Source of the DNA: Guillardia theta CCMP2712
Lineage: Eukaryota > Protista > Cryptophyta
Reading direction: 5' to 3'
Length of the DNA: 64,000 nucleotides
Assembly: GCF_000315625.1 (NCBI RefSeq)
Contig: NW_005434573.1
Location: 124,001-188,000, forward strand
The translations under genes and the position numbers were made by a program. Under the pieces are notes generated by a model, which ran no database searches, had not been told where the DNA came from, and saw only the letters and a program-made list of their open reading frames with translations. Positions within the stretch are counted from its first letter, which is position 1; each line of letters begins with the position of its first letter. Positions 1-13,312 of the stretch are shown here, in pieces.

Positions 1-436
1 AAGAGGATCAACGAGCTAACGCAGGGAGAGTCGCTGCGAGCAAACGTGGCGCTTGTGAAGAACAACGCGAAGATAGGGGCGAGCGTTGCCGTCGCTCTCA
101 TGAACATGGGAGCGTACTCGTACCCTCCACTTCCTCCCTCTGTGGTCCGAGGAAGGGGAGGGAACGATAGTGGGGAGTTACAGTGGAAGGGAGTGGGAGG
201 AGGAGAACGGGGAGGAGGAGGAGCTGGGATGAGTAAGGTTGCAGCAGAGGACAGCGATGTAGTGATAGTGGGAGGATGTGTAGAAGATGTTTCAGGGAAA
301 CCAAAGGACCGTTTGATTCCTGGTTGCTCTGTTTTTCTTTCCATTCCCTGCTCTGAAATTTCCTTCTCGAAAGGGTCTTCCAACCCGGGCAAAGTGCAAA
401 GAAGCGTTGGAGGGGTCGGGCACAACATAGCAGGTA

Positions 437-468
<32 letters not shown>

Positions 469-1755
469 GAGGAGGAGGAGGAGGAGGGGAAAAACAGGAG
501 GGGGAGATGAAACTTCTTCTCTTGTAGAGGCGCTATTCCTCCTGAACCAGAAGCTGACTCTCTTCTCTGCAATCGGAGACGACGAGGCTGGGTAAGCTGC
601 TACACTCGTGCTCTCCCCCCTCTTTCCTTGTATCTCCGCTCACGCTTGACGCAGGAAGCAGTTCCTGAGGAGGTGGGAGGATCGGGGAGGCATCGAGACC
701 TTCAACCCGCATGTGGTGCAGGGGGGCACTACCGCCCACTACCTAGCAGTGGCGAACGAGGAGGGTAAGACTCCTTCCTTGAACCCTCCGAGCTCACGGC
801 CATGGGAAGGTGACTTGGTGGCTGCGATCGCGGACATGGACGTTTTCAGCAGCATCTCCACAGGCTACGTCCTTGAGGCGGCGGCAGATAAGATCCGACG
901 GGCTCGGCTGCTCGTCCTGGATGGGAATGTCCCGCCTGAGACATTTCGGACGCTGCTTGAGGTTGAAGGAGGCCAGCGCGCCTGGCTCGCTGACAGGGAG
1001 GGCAGGTAGCGCGAGAGGGGGGCGTTCCAGTGTTCTTTGAGCCGACTTCAGCTCCTAAGGTAGATGGCGGCAGCGGAGGAGGAGGGTAATGTTGCTGGCA
1101 GGCGAGGCTGGTGGCTCAAAGTAGCCTCCTCGGGAATATAGACTTCATATCCCCCAACGAACTGGAGCTTCGCGCCATGGTAGAGTGTCTCCTTCCTTCC
1201 AACAGGTCTGAGACTTGAGCCGCTCCCCCTTGCTTCCCCCTGAGGTCCTCCTTCCCTGCTCCTGTGACCAGGCCCGTCCAAGACCTCCAGCTCTCCCAGC
1301 TCTTCTCTGTCGTCTTGGACTCAGGCGTGAGAAACGTGCTCATGACAGCAGGGAAGGATGGAGTGTTCTATGGGAGGAAGGACGATACCACAGGCAGCTC
1401 TTAGTGAGTTCTCCTGCTCGCCATGACGAGCCTCCAGGCGATGTCTCAATCGTTCAGTTTCCTCCTCCTCAGGCAGAGAATCTGAGCATTGTCAACACGT
1501 CAGGAGCAGGAGACACGTTCGCAGCTGGCTTCATCCGCGGCATAGTCAAGGTCGTCCCCCTCCCTGCTCCTCTTGCACTCAACACCCTCCAGGGTCTGCC
1601 TATCGACCGGTCGATCGAGCTGGGGCAGGTGAGAAGATCCTGCGGCAGGGGTGTCAAGTCTGACTGCTGAGGAGCAGAGAGCTGCCATGCTCACGCTGCA
1701 GTGCGACGATACCGTCTCCAGCAGGATAGCAGAGTTAGCGCTCTCGGGGGCCTAA
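1..1755 (+). CDS. Pseudouridine-5'-phosphate glycosidase / pseudouridine kinase (PsuG-PfkB) fusion, 5'-partial, multi-exon
   Basis: The window starts with a PsuG-like C-terminus (KRINELTQGESLRANVALVKNNAKIGASVAVAL). PfkB motifs follow: VVIVGGCVED, GSSNPGKVQRSVGGVGHNIA, LVLDGNVP, NTSGAGDTFAAGF. The last exon AAMLTLQCDDTVSSRIAELALSGA ends at TAA 1753-1755. Confidence 0.88.
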
Positions 1756-1759
1756 AATA

Positions 1760-2900
1760 ACCGTTGAACTTCGGAACGCCTTCCAGAGTCGAAGCCGGCT
1801 GAGGCCGGGCTTTCAAGTTTGTGAGAGTCACCCCCTTTACTTGTCAACCTTCGGGAACTTTCTCAGTGTCACCGTCAAGCGGCGTCACTGACTGCGGCTC
1901 CGCCGGCCGGGTGCGGCGCGGCCCGGTGCGGCCGCCCGCCGGGCGGGCGCCGGCGCCGGGGCTCCGATCATCACTGGCACCGTGACAACGGTCAGACCGC
2001 CCGACACCGTACCGTGCTGCCATCGCGGATCGCATGCCAGCCGTGCCAGTCAGATGATGGTAGCCCCGAGTTCAAAGTTACTAACTGTAACACTGAAACT
2101 CTCCTGTAAACCAAGACGCCGCGGCGCCGTGACCCTTAAGTTACGTGTCACAGTGTTCAACGGTTTTCGAGGCGGCAATATAGTGCTTGCGACGAAGAGG
2201 AGGCGCCTTCAAGCTTCAACAAAGGCCCGGCGGGCCTAGCCGTCGTGCTAAGGTCCCCTCATGTCTGGATGCTTGGGTTTCACATCACTTGAAAATCTGT
2301 GCCTTGTTGCAACTGAGGTCGATATGATGTCTGCATTACTTTGGCACAGTACAACTGAGCCGTCTAACAAACTTGCCAGTGCTTCGTCACGGCGGGGCCG
2401 CCGGGGCGTGGCCCAGTGCGGCGCGGCGGCGCCCGGCGGCCCAGCCGGGCGTGCCGCGGGCGGGGCGGGCGTACTAGGCTGGGCGCCGGGGGGGGGCGCC
2501 GGCACTGTCGAGTCCGACGGACCGTACGGTCGGGCCCGGTGGCACCACTGTACTACTAGGCTAACGGTACGGTAACGGTTGAACGGCGGTAAGCCGGCGG
2601 TCCCCCGGGGGCCCCGGGCCCCGTACTCCGGCGTACCGTGCCGCGGTCGGACTCCGGGATCATCGGATCATGGCGCGGGGCGCGGCGCCTGCTGCCGCAC
2701 GGGAGGAGATGTTGACAGTGAAGGGGGAGGCTTTTTATTTCTCAAGTTGTCATGGGGCCTAGTCAGGCAGGGGCTAAAGATAAGTGACACTGGTGACCGG
2801 CGTGACCGGAAGTTGCCCGCCGCGGTTAGGATAGAATACAGCCCGCCTCGGCAGAAAGTATAGCAAAATCTTCGAGGCAGTCAAAGTTGTTGAACATGAA
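1760..2900. repeat. GC-rich, micro-palindrome-dense intergenic block (type A), containing a dispersed repeat backbone
   Basis: Dense CCGG/GGCC/GTAC/GTCAC/GACTC/AAGTT words. Bases 2061-2370 align with gaps to 40782-41125. Confidence 0.7.
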
Positions 2901-2989
2901 CTTACGACTACAAGAAAGGGCAGCGAACTTCGGGGAGGGGCAGACGGTGAGCAGCTCAGATATCAACATGGCCCATGTAGTAACCAACA

Positions 2990-4030
2990 GGTTATGACCC
3001 CTCCAAACACTGTATGACTTGGGGGTAAGGGGTAGGCCAGCAATAAATCCGACTTTACGAAAGGGAGGGGTTTCGATGCTGCCATTTATCCCTTAGCAAT
3101 GACCACTCTCACCCCCCCTTTGCATATGAATGCTATAGGTACCCCCTGGTGAGGATCCGCCCCTCACGGGGAACATTTCAAAACTTGGGTTTTAAAAGTG
3201 TGCTAGATGTGATATCTGGTACCCATTTGTACCGAGATATTCCACCCCCCACCCCCCATTGGAACTCTACCCCTCAATAGGTTCGGAAGGGATAAAGTAT
3301 TTCGAGGTGCCTTACAGACCCAGCAGTAAAAGAAGACGTGATCTTAGAGATATCAGCGAAAATGAGTGTTTTCGACTCATACAGAGTCAGCAATCAGGAA
3401 TTAACCTTTATACCAACAAAAGCACCCCACCCCACGTGGTTCAAGCCATTTCTTGGATCATCACCCCTTATTTGCTCCAGAAAAGAGGGGGTAATTGGAT
3501 ACCCTACCATGCTCTGCCTCATGGAAGGAGTTAAAGTCGGTTACATCAAATAACTGAAACCGTTTCGCAATGCACTGAAGCGTGAGGTTGTTGGGGTACG
3601 GGGTGCCAGGGGTAAATTCAGGAAGATATAGGGGTGGGTGATACATATAGATCTGAGATACGAAATGAAGGGTGGGTGATCTCTCAAAGGGGTGGTAAAG
3701 CAAGGGGGTGGTTGGCATGTGGATACTGTAGCCCCATTGCTACCCACCCCCCAGTCTCCTACTTAACTCCATACCGACCCGTGACTACCCTGAATTTGCT
3801 TGAAATAAGACCGGTGTGTCCCATATATACCCCTCTTCTTCCCTAGAAAAGAACCGGTATATACATACCACCCCAGCTTATCCGCCTACTTCTCCTTTGA
3901 CCCTTCCTTGGACCCCACCCTTGCAATTCATGACCCCCCAATATGAAGTAATTTTGGTATCATACCACCCACTAAATTCCGAGGCGCTACTACCCCCACC
4001 TACCAACTTCGACTTTTCCTCCACACAGCC
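2990..4030. promoter_or_regulatory. GGGTA/TACCC/CCACCC-rich block (type B) upstream of a gene
   Basis: Strong enrichment of these words on both strands. It lies 5' of the ORF starting at 4456. Confidence 0.45.
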
Positions 4031-4455
4031 ATTGGCTACTAGAACACACATCCTGTGCGGCTCAGACCGGCTTTCTATCCACCCACCGCCTCCTCCTCCT
4101 CCTCCTCGACCTCCTCCTCCTCCTCCTCCGCCGCCGCAGCCGCCGACGCCCACCTTGCATCTTAAGAATTCACTTCCATCCTCTTCATCTCAATCCTTGC
4201 CTGTATATCACATCTCGGATTTGACCCAGAAAACTGCCCAACTGCTGAGCTTGTGGAGTTTTTCAAATTTGATTTGTTCTTTCCAAACCTTCTGCTTTGC
4301 AAGCCAACTCTTGTTCACAGTTTATCAAAGCATCGAAAGTGATAGATCATTGATCCCACGAGTCAAGCGAGTGAGTGCAGCTTAGCGCAGCAAAGCTGTC
4401 CTTGCAGAGAGAGGCAGTCTCGATCCAGCCATCTGCATTTTTCAAGAACCATCCG

Positions 4456-4986
4456 ATGGATACCTCGAAGCCTTTTGCTCGGCGCAGATTTGCTTTGCAA
4501 GAGGGCTCGGACTCACACATGGACTGTGTGATCTTAGCCATGAAATACGCCGACATGTTAGGAACTAAAGGGGATCATGAAGCATCAATCTCGGACACAG
4601 AGAAAAGCTTATCCGACACAGACCACAGTGCACAAGTTCCCTCCCTCCCTCCCTTGAGATCTTGCTCTCTCCCAGGCGCAGCCTTCTCCCCCATGAGCAA
4701 GCATGAAGGATCACGGAAACCGAGGAGACGAACGGCAAATCTCTTGTACAGTTTTAAGCCAGGAAAGAATACGTGCGCTAGTAGCCATACGAGAAAGGAA
4801 GGCGAAGACAAGGTGGTGGATTTTCGCAGAAGACGCAGGATTATCAGGCAGCCGTCCACGAGCTCGAACCCTGCGTCAACCTCAGACCAAGAGATCGAGC
4901 TCATCTCTAAGGAGGATACCGCTGCTTGCGGAGAAATATCGCCAACCATCACTAGCTTCGGTGTTGAGAATTTTTTACAAGTTTAG
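4456..4986 (+). CDS. Hypothetical single-exon protein (~176 aa, Ser/Arg-rich)
   Basis: Open frame from ATG 4456 (MDTSKPFARRRF) to TAG 4986, convergent with urease. No recognisable domain. Confidence 0.5.
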   Translation: MDTSKPFARRRFALQEGSDSHMDCVILAMKYADMLGTKGDHEASISDTEKSLSDTDHSAQVPSLPPLRSCSLPGAAFSPMSKHEGSRKPRRRTANLLYSFKPGKNTCASSHTRKEGEDKVVDFRRRRRIIRQPSTSSNPASTSDQEIELISKEDTAACGEISPTITSFGVENFLQV

Positions 4987-5157
4987 CATGGTGTACTTGT
5001 TGTGAATAAAACCAACCCTTTTGGAAAAGGTGCTCGCTTGCAGCAAACTCATTCAAGTCTGTTTAATTTTTAACACGCATCGAACCAGCGCATGGCAAGA
5101 TTTTAAAGATTGATCACCACGACTACAATTTGATCATCATAACAGCACTTTGCTCTC

Positions 5158-8100
5158 TTAGAACAAAAAGTATCTTTGAGCAAGAGGAAGCCGATCGGCA
5201 GGAGCACAGCTGTCAAACCAAACCTCATCATCATCTCATTCAATGCTTAACGTCAATCTCACCTGAGCTCCACGCCATCCGCCGTCACGACATACGTCTC
5301 CGAGTTGACCTGAACGCGAGTGTAAGAAAATAGAAGGGGGCAGACAAGGAGCAAGGAAAGTGGTGACAACAAGAGAAGGAGAAAGTTGGAAGCAGGCTTG
5401 GGAACAAGGAAAAGAACGACGATCTACGTTGATGCTCGGAGTTGCGTCGTTGTACTTCATATCTTTCTTTCCGACGGTCCTGGTCCCAGTCACTGCAACT
5501 GCCCTCTGCCTACAGGGTAAGAGGAGAAAGCAGGACAGGCAGCACGGGACCTTCTGCAGGCCGTAGGAGGCGACGATGCCCTTGCTGAGAGACACTTGCG
5601 ACACGAACGTGACGCAGCTCTGCCCGATCGCCTTCCGCCTCTGGTCATACCCCCAGGCCTCCTGCTCACAAGCTCTACCTTAGGGCCGAAGGAGCCGAAC
5701 ATCGGGCGCATCATGACAGGCTGGGGAGTGGGGATGGAGGCGTTGGGGTCGCCCATCTAAGAGTAGTGTCAGGAAGAGGAGAGGGAGACGGAGAGGCGGG
5801 GAAAAAAAGAAGCAGAAACAGGAGCAGAAACAGCAGAATGGTAGGAGGAGGAGGAGGAGGAGGAATGCCTGCGCCCATGCGATGAAACCTCCCTTGAGGA
5901 CCATCTCAGGTTTGGCTCCGAAGAACTCAGGTTTCCAGATGACAAGGTCTGCCATCTTGCCAACCTACACAAGGAGAGTGAGGAGTTTCAACTTCGTAGA
6001 GCAAGAGAGGAGGGAGGTGGCACATGGCGCGAGGAGGACGGGGTAGATGTTGTGGGACGATGGAAGGCGCAAAGAAGAGAAGGGGATCATCGGAAGGGAG
6101 GAGCATCGGGGGATGATGGGAGACGAGCAAGTTGGAAGCCTGTCAAGGGAGAGGGGGAGACCTCGATGGATCCGATCACTTGGGAGAATCCGTGGGCAAT
6201 GGCAGGGTTGATGGTGTACTTGGCGATGTAGCGCTGAAGGAACACCGTCAGAGCTTGCGGGGAAGAGCAGGAGCAAAGGACCTTGACGCGGAGGTTGTCT
6301 GACTCCTTGTCTTCAGGAAGAGTCCCGCTGCATGGTGCGGCAGGTAAGCAGGGAAATAGATCTTTGAAGTGGGGATGTAAAACTTGCGGGGTAGAGCAAA
6401 AGGAACAAAGGGCCAGGGAGGGCGGCGCAAACGAGCCGAGGAGGAGCAGGTGGTAGAGTTGCAGATGCAGGTGGAGGTGGCGGAAAGGGAAGAGCGAGGA
6501 GGGAGGAGGGAGAAGGGAGGAGGGAGGAGGGAGGAGGGAGAAGGAGGAAGAGGATCTTTAGTTTACCGCTGCTGCTTCATCTTTGCAGCAGTCTGCCACG
6601 TCCTTGCAATGACCTCTCCGATTCTTCCCATGGCTAGTGCAGTTGAATGTTATGCACAGAAAACGGGGAAGCAAACGAGAAGCAGGGAGGGGGAGGAGGG
6701 GAGACCGATGATGTTACGGGAGGAGCGAGGAACAAGAGTGTTGTTCACAGGGAATAGTTGGTCAGATTGTTTGGGCTGGAAAGAGGAAGACGACAAGAAA
6801 GAAAGATGACAAGGACTGGAGAGTGGAGCTCATGAGAAAGGGAACGCAGAGCTATGCAAGGGGGGGGAGGAGAGAGAAGAGAGGGATTGACAAGACAGAG
6901 GAAGCGGTCAAGGCAGAGCACGACAGGTGAAACAGACGTGACATGGGAATGGCAAAGAAAACACCTTGAGAGTCACTGGACATGATGCAGATCGCTCCCA
7001 TGTCATGAAGAATGTCCTCGGCCTGAACGTTGCACAAATTCAAGACGGATACGACAGCCTGTTGCCCCAACCCCGCACAGCAGCCTCCCCAGCAGGGACG
7101 CAGGAAGGTGAGGGCAGGAAATGCGGGGAGGGGGGGGGGGGACGAGCAGCCGCCATGTCGATAGTGTCGCACTCACTTGAATGGTCTTGTCTCGGATCCT
7201 GGACTCAGCGAAGGCCACGTCCTCGGAGATGTTCTGCGAGCTCCCTATGAGGAGCAGACGACAATATGACAGCCAGGCACCTTGTCAAGATGATGACAGA
7301 CCATGAGCATGTCAACATGCTCGTCGATCGTGTTGATCTGAACTCACAGTAAGTCTCCTGTACCTTGACTGCTCCCAGCTCCCAGCTCCCAGCTCCCAGC
7401 TCCCAGCTCCCAGCTCCCTCCCTCCACTCTCTCATCCCTTCCAATCTCCTTCCTCACCGTGAAAGGCTTCGTAGGGTTGGTGGAGGAAGCGATGACGTTT
7501 GCCTGAGGAGCGTCAGACGAGCATTCAAGAGGATACCTTGACGTCTCTCACCTGCGAACAAACTTTGATGATGTCGGGAGCATGCCCGCCTCCTGCTCCT
7601 TCGCTGTGATACGTGTGGATGGTTCTGCCCTGCAGAGAGTTTTACCCTTCTTCCTCCTCCTCCTCCTCCTCCTCCTCCTCCTCCTCCTCCTCCTCTCCCC
7701 TTTTACCTTGAAGGCAGCAATCGTGTCTTCAACGCAGCAACTCTCGTTCAGAGTGTCCGTGTGGATGGTCACTGGGAAGAAGAGAAGGGAAAGTCAGCAA
7801 GAGAAACGAAGAAAGAGAAGGAGGAGGGTAGAAAGAAACATGACGGAGAAGAGATGGATAGAACATAGAGACGGAGAAAATAGCAGGAACAGGGAAGCTC
7901 CGGGCGAGGGGAAGGAGGGAGGGAGGGAGGGAGGGAGTGAGGGAGGGAGGGAGGATTAAACCTTGGATATCGTATTCCTCTGCGATTGACAAGCAGGAAT
8001 CGATAGCAGCTGGCGTCGTTCCCCAGTCCTCGTGCAGTTTCAAACCTGGGCAACTCGTCACTTCCTTCCCGCCCCCTCTCCTCCTCCCACCAGCACATCC

Positions 8101-11100
8101 AGCCTCGATCATCTCTCGTAGCCCTGCAGGTTGACAAAGGTGAGATGCGGTATAGCACATACGAGGAGGCGCGAAGGAAAGGGGGGAGCAGGCGTGGTAG
8201 AGGGAGCGAGTAGTAGACAATGTGAAGACAGGGAGAGAGAAAGGAGGAGGCTATATCCAACGAGTGCGAGTTGGGAATGGGCGCCTTGGGTAGGAGCACA
8301 AGGGAGGTTGGAGGTTGGAGGTTTGAGGTTGGAGGTTTGAGGTTTGAGGTTGGAGGTTGGAGGTTGGAGGTTGGAGGTTGGAGGTTGGAGGTTGGAGGGA
8401 GGAGCTGCAAAACCTTCAGGCTTCGACGCGTTTCCTTTGCCGGAGAACCCGAAGTTGAGAGGGATGTTGTCCGTGGCCTGGAGCATCATCTTGGTGTAGA
8501 ACGATCCGTCCGTGCATGTCGTCGCGTTCGTTCCCGTTGCTGGTCCTGATCCTCCGCCGTAGAGGGTTGTAACACCTGCACATGGGTTGAGCTCCTGAGC
8601 AGAACGTGATTTCACTCTCATCTCCCATGTTCTTCCTTCCTCTGCTCCCTCCGTCCTCCTCCTTTTCTCTTACTTTCTCTCTCCTCCTACTCTCTCCTCT
8701 CTCCTACTTCTCCCTTCCTCTTTCCTCCTTCTCGTTATCCTGGGCATCGTCGCTACTTCTGCGCTCTCGCGTAAGAGATTTACCAGATGCAATTGCGTCG
8801 AAGGCTTGCTGGGGGCAGATGTAATGAATGTGGGTGTCTATCCCTCCTGCGATTTACAAGGCGACGAGTGATAAGAAAGGAATCAGCCAGCACAGCAAAA
8901 GGGAGGGAGGAGGTAGAGAGAAAAGTGAATGGAAGTAGGGAGAGAAACGGAGAGGAGATAGACTGGAAGTACAGAGGAAGATGTAGGGAGTAGGTAGAGG
9001 GGAGGAGGTAGAGGGGAGGACGAGGAGAGGAGCAGGTAGCGAAGAGGGGACGTAACGGAGACAGCGGGCAGGATAGTGATAAGAGAAACTCATGGATCAT
9101 GTGCCAGTTGAGCAAAGGATGGGCAGAGTAAAGATGTCACACCTGCAGTCACGATAGATCCCTCCCCAGCAATGGCTTCGGTGCCGGGACCAACAGTCAT
9201 TCCCGGGGTGACACCCTGATCAGTGGAGAAATGTCAGGGTGAGAGGAGAAGAAGTCGGTAAAAGAAAAGGATTCTTCGTAGTATGTGTGGATGGATGAAA
9301 GGGGGGATAGGCATGCGTGCGATGTTTGACAACTCTTGATAACTTGCCTCCATCACGTCAGGGTTGCCAGCCTTGCCGATCCCTGCAGGGCGGAACATCA
9401 CGGAGAAACGCGAGAAGCAGAGGAATAAAGAAGGAGAAGAGAGATACAAGGTCAGAATGCGCTCAGAGAACAAGCAAGAGGAGGGCGACCAACGAGATAG
9501 CTGGGGGACAACAGGCAGCAGACATGCAGGAGGGTCGAGACGGACCTGCGATCTTTCCATCCTTGATGCCGATGTCGCACTTGTAGATACCCGTGTAGTC
9601 GACGACCTGTAGCAAACAGACAGTCAGATAGATCAAGAGACAGCGAGACGAAGGGGAGAAGCGACTAGTCCTCAAGGGAGGGAGGCAAGGGGGGTGGGGG
9701 GTAGGGGATGAAAAGGAAGCAAGAAGAGAGCTGGTCAAGGACGAGCAAAGCATGGGAAGACAAGGAGCAGCGCGCTGGTTTACAAGAGCGTTCGTGATGA
9801 CACAGTCCAAGCAGTCGACTGCACTTTCTCCTGCTGCTTGCCCCATACCGTCGCGCAGCACCTTCAATAGCCGTCACTTCTTCGACCGAATAAAATCTCT
9901 AGCAGAAAGTTGAGAGCGCAAAGAATGAAGTCTGGAGCCCTTAGAAACAAGCAGGATAAACATCAGATGTGCAGATGAGCTATAAAGAATGAAACTTTTT
10001 GATCGCAAGAATGGGTTGACTTTACCTTTCCACCTCCAAACTTGCACTCGTCGCCGTACACTGTATAGTCTTTTTCGACTTCGATGACAAGCCCAGTGTC
10101 TCCGAGGTGCACCTGAAACATCGTCAATCAAATCTCTAATATCTCCTCTCATCTTCTTTGCCCCCCTCCTCCTCCTCCTCTACCACTAAACCAACGTCCT
10201 CCTCCTTTGCGATCGAAAACTGGTTCCACCTCATCCTCTCTTTTTCCCGGGCCATTCTCATCGCAACCCACAGTCAGCTCTGACCTTGTCTCCTGTGGTT
10301 GGGCCAAAGATGTCTGCATAGTGCTTGCGGTCAATGGTGACCTGCGAGCTCGCACGTGAGATGAGAAACAAGAAGATCGACATTCAGTGATAGCAACAAG
10401 AACATCGGAGAGAAGTTCTCACTGACAGGCGGAGGAAGAGGAAGGAAAAGGTGACAAGGAGGAGGAGGAGGGAGGAAGGGAGCCTGGTTCACCTCCGTCT
10501 TCGCCTTCTTCTGCGTATGGGTGACATCTTGCGGCTTGTGCTTGAAGCCCCTCCACAACACGTCAGCATGGGAAGCCGCGCTTCCTTCCCTCCTCCTCAC
10601 TTCTCCGCGCATCTCTTGACGATCTCCTCAACGTTGGAGGGAGAGTACGGCCCGTCGACAATGTTGTTGCCTCCTCGGATCACCTTGTTTCCTCCTGCAA
10701 GCATGAGCAAGATGGCAAAAAGATCAGTGAGACCACCAATCACATGGGAGCTCACCGATAGCAACGAGGGAGACAACCTTACTCTCTCCCGGCTCGAACC
10801 TTACAGCCGTTCCAGCAGTGATGTTCAGCCTCTTGCCGTAAGCAAGACCTTCATACCAGAAAAATATCAATTGGAGAGGTTTAAACGCATCAAAAAAGAC
10901 AGTTCAAGTAGACATGGCCAAAATCATGCACGCTGAACAAAGGACATGATAGACCAGAAAGCAAAAGCTGCTTGACATAAAACCACCCAAACACAAGATC
11001 TAGAAGTCACAACACAGCTTCATGGCACCTCTGTCAAACTCCAGTCTTGAGTTCGCCTCGACAAAGTGATAGTGACTTCCAACCTTGGCCATCAGGTCAA

Positions 11101-12338
11101 CCAGGAGCAAGTCGAACTCCCTCCCCTCCATACTTGGATCGGCCTGTCTGCAAGGTTGGTGACGGTGATACTGACGCTCTCGCGATCTTTGTTGAGGATC
11201 AGAGACCCCTGACATTCAAGTCTCGTCAGACGAGCTCAGTCAGCTGAAGCCATCATGCCTTGACGGGCACAACAGCTCCTGGACTTTCAGACTCGAACTG
11301 CTTCGACTAGCAAACCAGCAGTCAGCAGGGAAATTCCAATGTCCCCTCGACTGGCAAGCAGCATATCCTCTAACAAAGCAAGGCTGAAGAGTAAGGTACC
11401 GGGGCATCGAACGCCGAGAGGGAGGGCTTCGGGAGGAAGGAGCCATAGAGAGCGAGGTCAAGGTCACCATCCTCGAGGGTGATGGGGGAATGTACTGCAC
11501 CCAAGTCAAGAAGCGAGGAAGCAGCGAGGCTGTAGCGCACACCGGTCACAAGTTTGGTCCCATCGGGGAAGGTCCCTTCCACCTGCACCTCATGGCAGAG
11601 AGCTTCTACTCCCTCAAGCACCTACAACGCCAATGGTTGTCAGTGGTTGCTGTCGTCTGATTTCTGGATCATGGGGTTGAGGCATCGGGAGCATTCGTCA
11701 GATGTGATTGTACCCTATCTGACTATCATTTTCACTAGCTATGACTGTACCCTATCTCACTGGCAATGATTTTGTATCATATCTCAGCCAGGCTCTCGCT
11801 GATACAACGTCCCTTGAGCGTGAAAGCGTACCTGCCTCTTTCCGAGCAGCTTCCTTCCAAGGTCCATCAGCTCAGCGCAAGTCTTTCCATCGCTGAGGGC
11901 ATGCGCATGAGACTGAGAGGAGCGCGATCATGAGCCTACCGAATGAACTCCAGCACGACTGTAGCAATGAGAGCAGTGGCCTCGACGTGGTTCAGCCTCA
12001 ACCCCCTGGCGAGTCGCTTCTGCGCCAGCGAACCACACTGATGCAGGAGGAGATGATCGATCTCTCTTGGAGTCTGAGATCGGATCCCGCAGTCAGCCAC
12101 GTAAATTCCTCAAATGGCGGTGAGACAGGCGATGAGGAGATGAAAGTTATAGGTAGGAGTTCAACGAGGAGAGCGGTCAGGAGTGGGGTAACGTCCCAGG
12201 GGATCAAAGAGTAAGAGGGGGTGGAAGATGAAGCAGCAGGAGGCGGGAAGGCAGGGTGCACGCAGGAGCATGGAGGTGAATGAGATGTGCCGGCATGACA
12301 ATGCTGCCACCGCCGGTCGAACGCGCTACCAGTTTCAT
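5158..12338 (-). CDS. URE: Urease, eukaryotic single-chain gamma-beta-alpha fusion, many introns
   Basis: Exons read MKL|[138 protein letters not shown]. Ends [10 protein letters not shown] at 5158. Confidence 0.97.
7371..7418. repeat. (CCCAGCT)n intronic heptamer repeat
   Basis: About 6.5 tandem copies inside a urease intron. Confidence 0.9.
8303..8398. repeat. (GGAGGTT)n intronic heptamer repeat
   Basis: About 13 tandem copies, some TGAGGTT, inside a urease intron. Confidence 0.9.
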
Positions 12339-13312
12339 GGCGACGACGGCTGGGGGAACGGAGGTAGTGTTTCCACAAACATACCAAACTTTGAACCTTC
12401 AAATCAAATGCTAAATCAAAATCAATGAAATTGTGTTTTGAGTGTAGAAAACTTCATGGGTCTTTTTCATTCACTCTGTTGAAAAGTGCCCCCATCGGAA
12501 TTTAAATTCGGGATCCAACCCCCTGGTTTTTAGCCACGGCCTTGAAGCTTTTCCGACAAACTTTATAACATGTTTTACTCAACAAGGTTTTATCTTTTAG
12601 TCAATATGTATAGGTTTCTTTTAGTTACTACCCTCACTCTACAGTAAATATTTTACTTAAAGTTTAAAAAGTTTTTCTGTGGAATATATGGTTATGAGCC
12701 TCATGTGTTATATGTCGACTGAGGCGGGTTTCCTTTGACTGTCCACCCCACCCATCTCGCCCTAACTCCGAAAATGGTCAATTTGACCGGTAGTCTAGGT
12801 ACTCCTGTTGCCATGCCCCGTGTCGCTTCGTCAGTGCATGCGAGCAACGGGGGCAGGGAGGAAGATGAGGGGAGGAGAGCATGGGTGACTCAGAATGCTG
12901 GATGGTTCTGAAGAAGAGGATGATGGTCGCATGAAGCGTAGATGCACTGATGAGGAATGACATCGAGGAAATGCGAGGCCATGGTGATGAGCGAGGGAGC
13001 TATTTACTAGCATGATCGGGAGAGGCAAATCAAATGGGGGATGGATAGAAAGAGCTATAGAAGTCGTGAAACAAGGTCGGTGCTCAGTCTTTCCTGTAGA
13101 GCTACTCATAGAAGGACTCGACTGAAAGCCGTGCTATGCGTATATGGACTGGGATACAAGGTGTAGGGCATTGGCATGATTAGAAAGGTGTATGAATATT
13201 GTCATCGCTGTCTGAGAGAGTGAGGAACGATATTGAAATCACGTTATTCACACCCAAATAGATTCTATGGTTTATACCTATGGTTGTTTCTGAGTTGATC
13301 CCAACACTTCAG

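Noticed and set aside
8303-8398. Interstitial telomere
   Set aside because: The unit TTGGAGG is not a TTAGGG/TTTAGGG-type repeat and lies within a urease intron.
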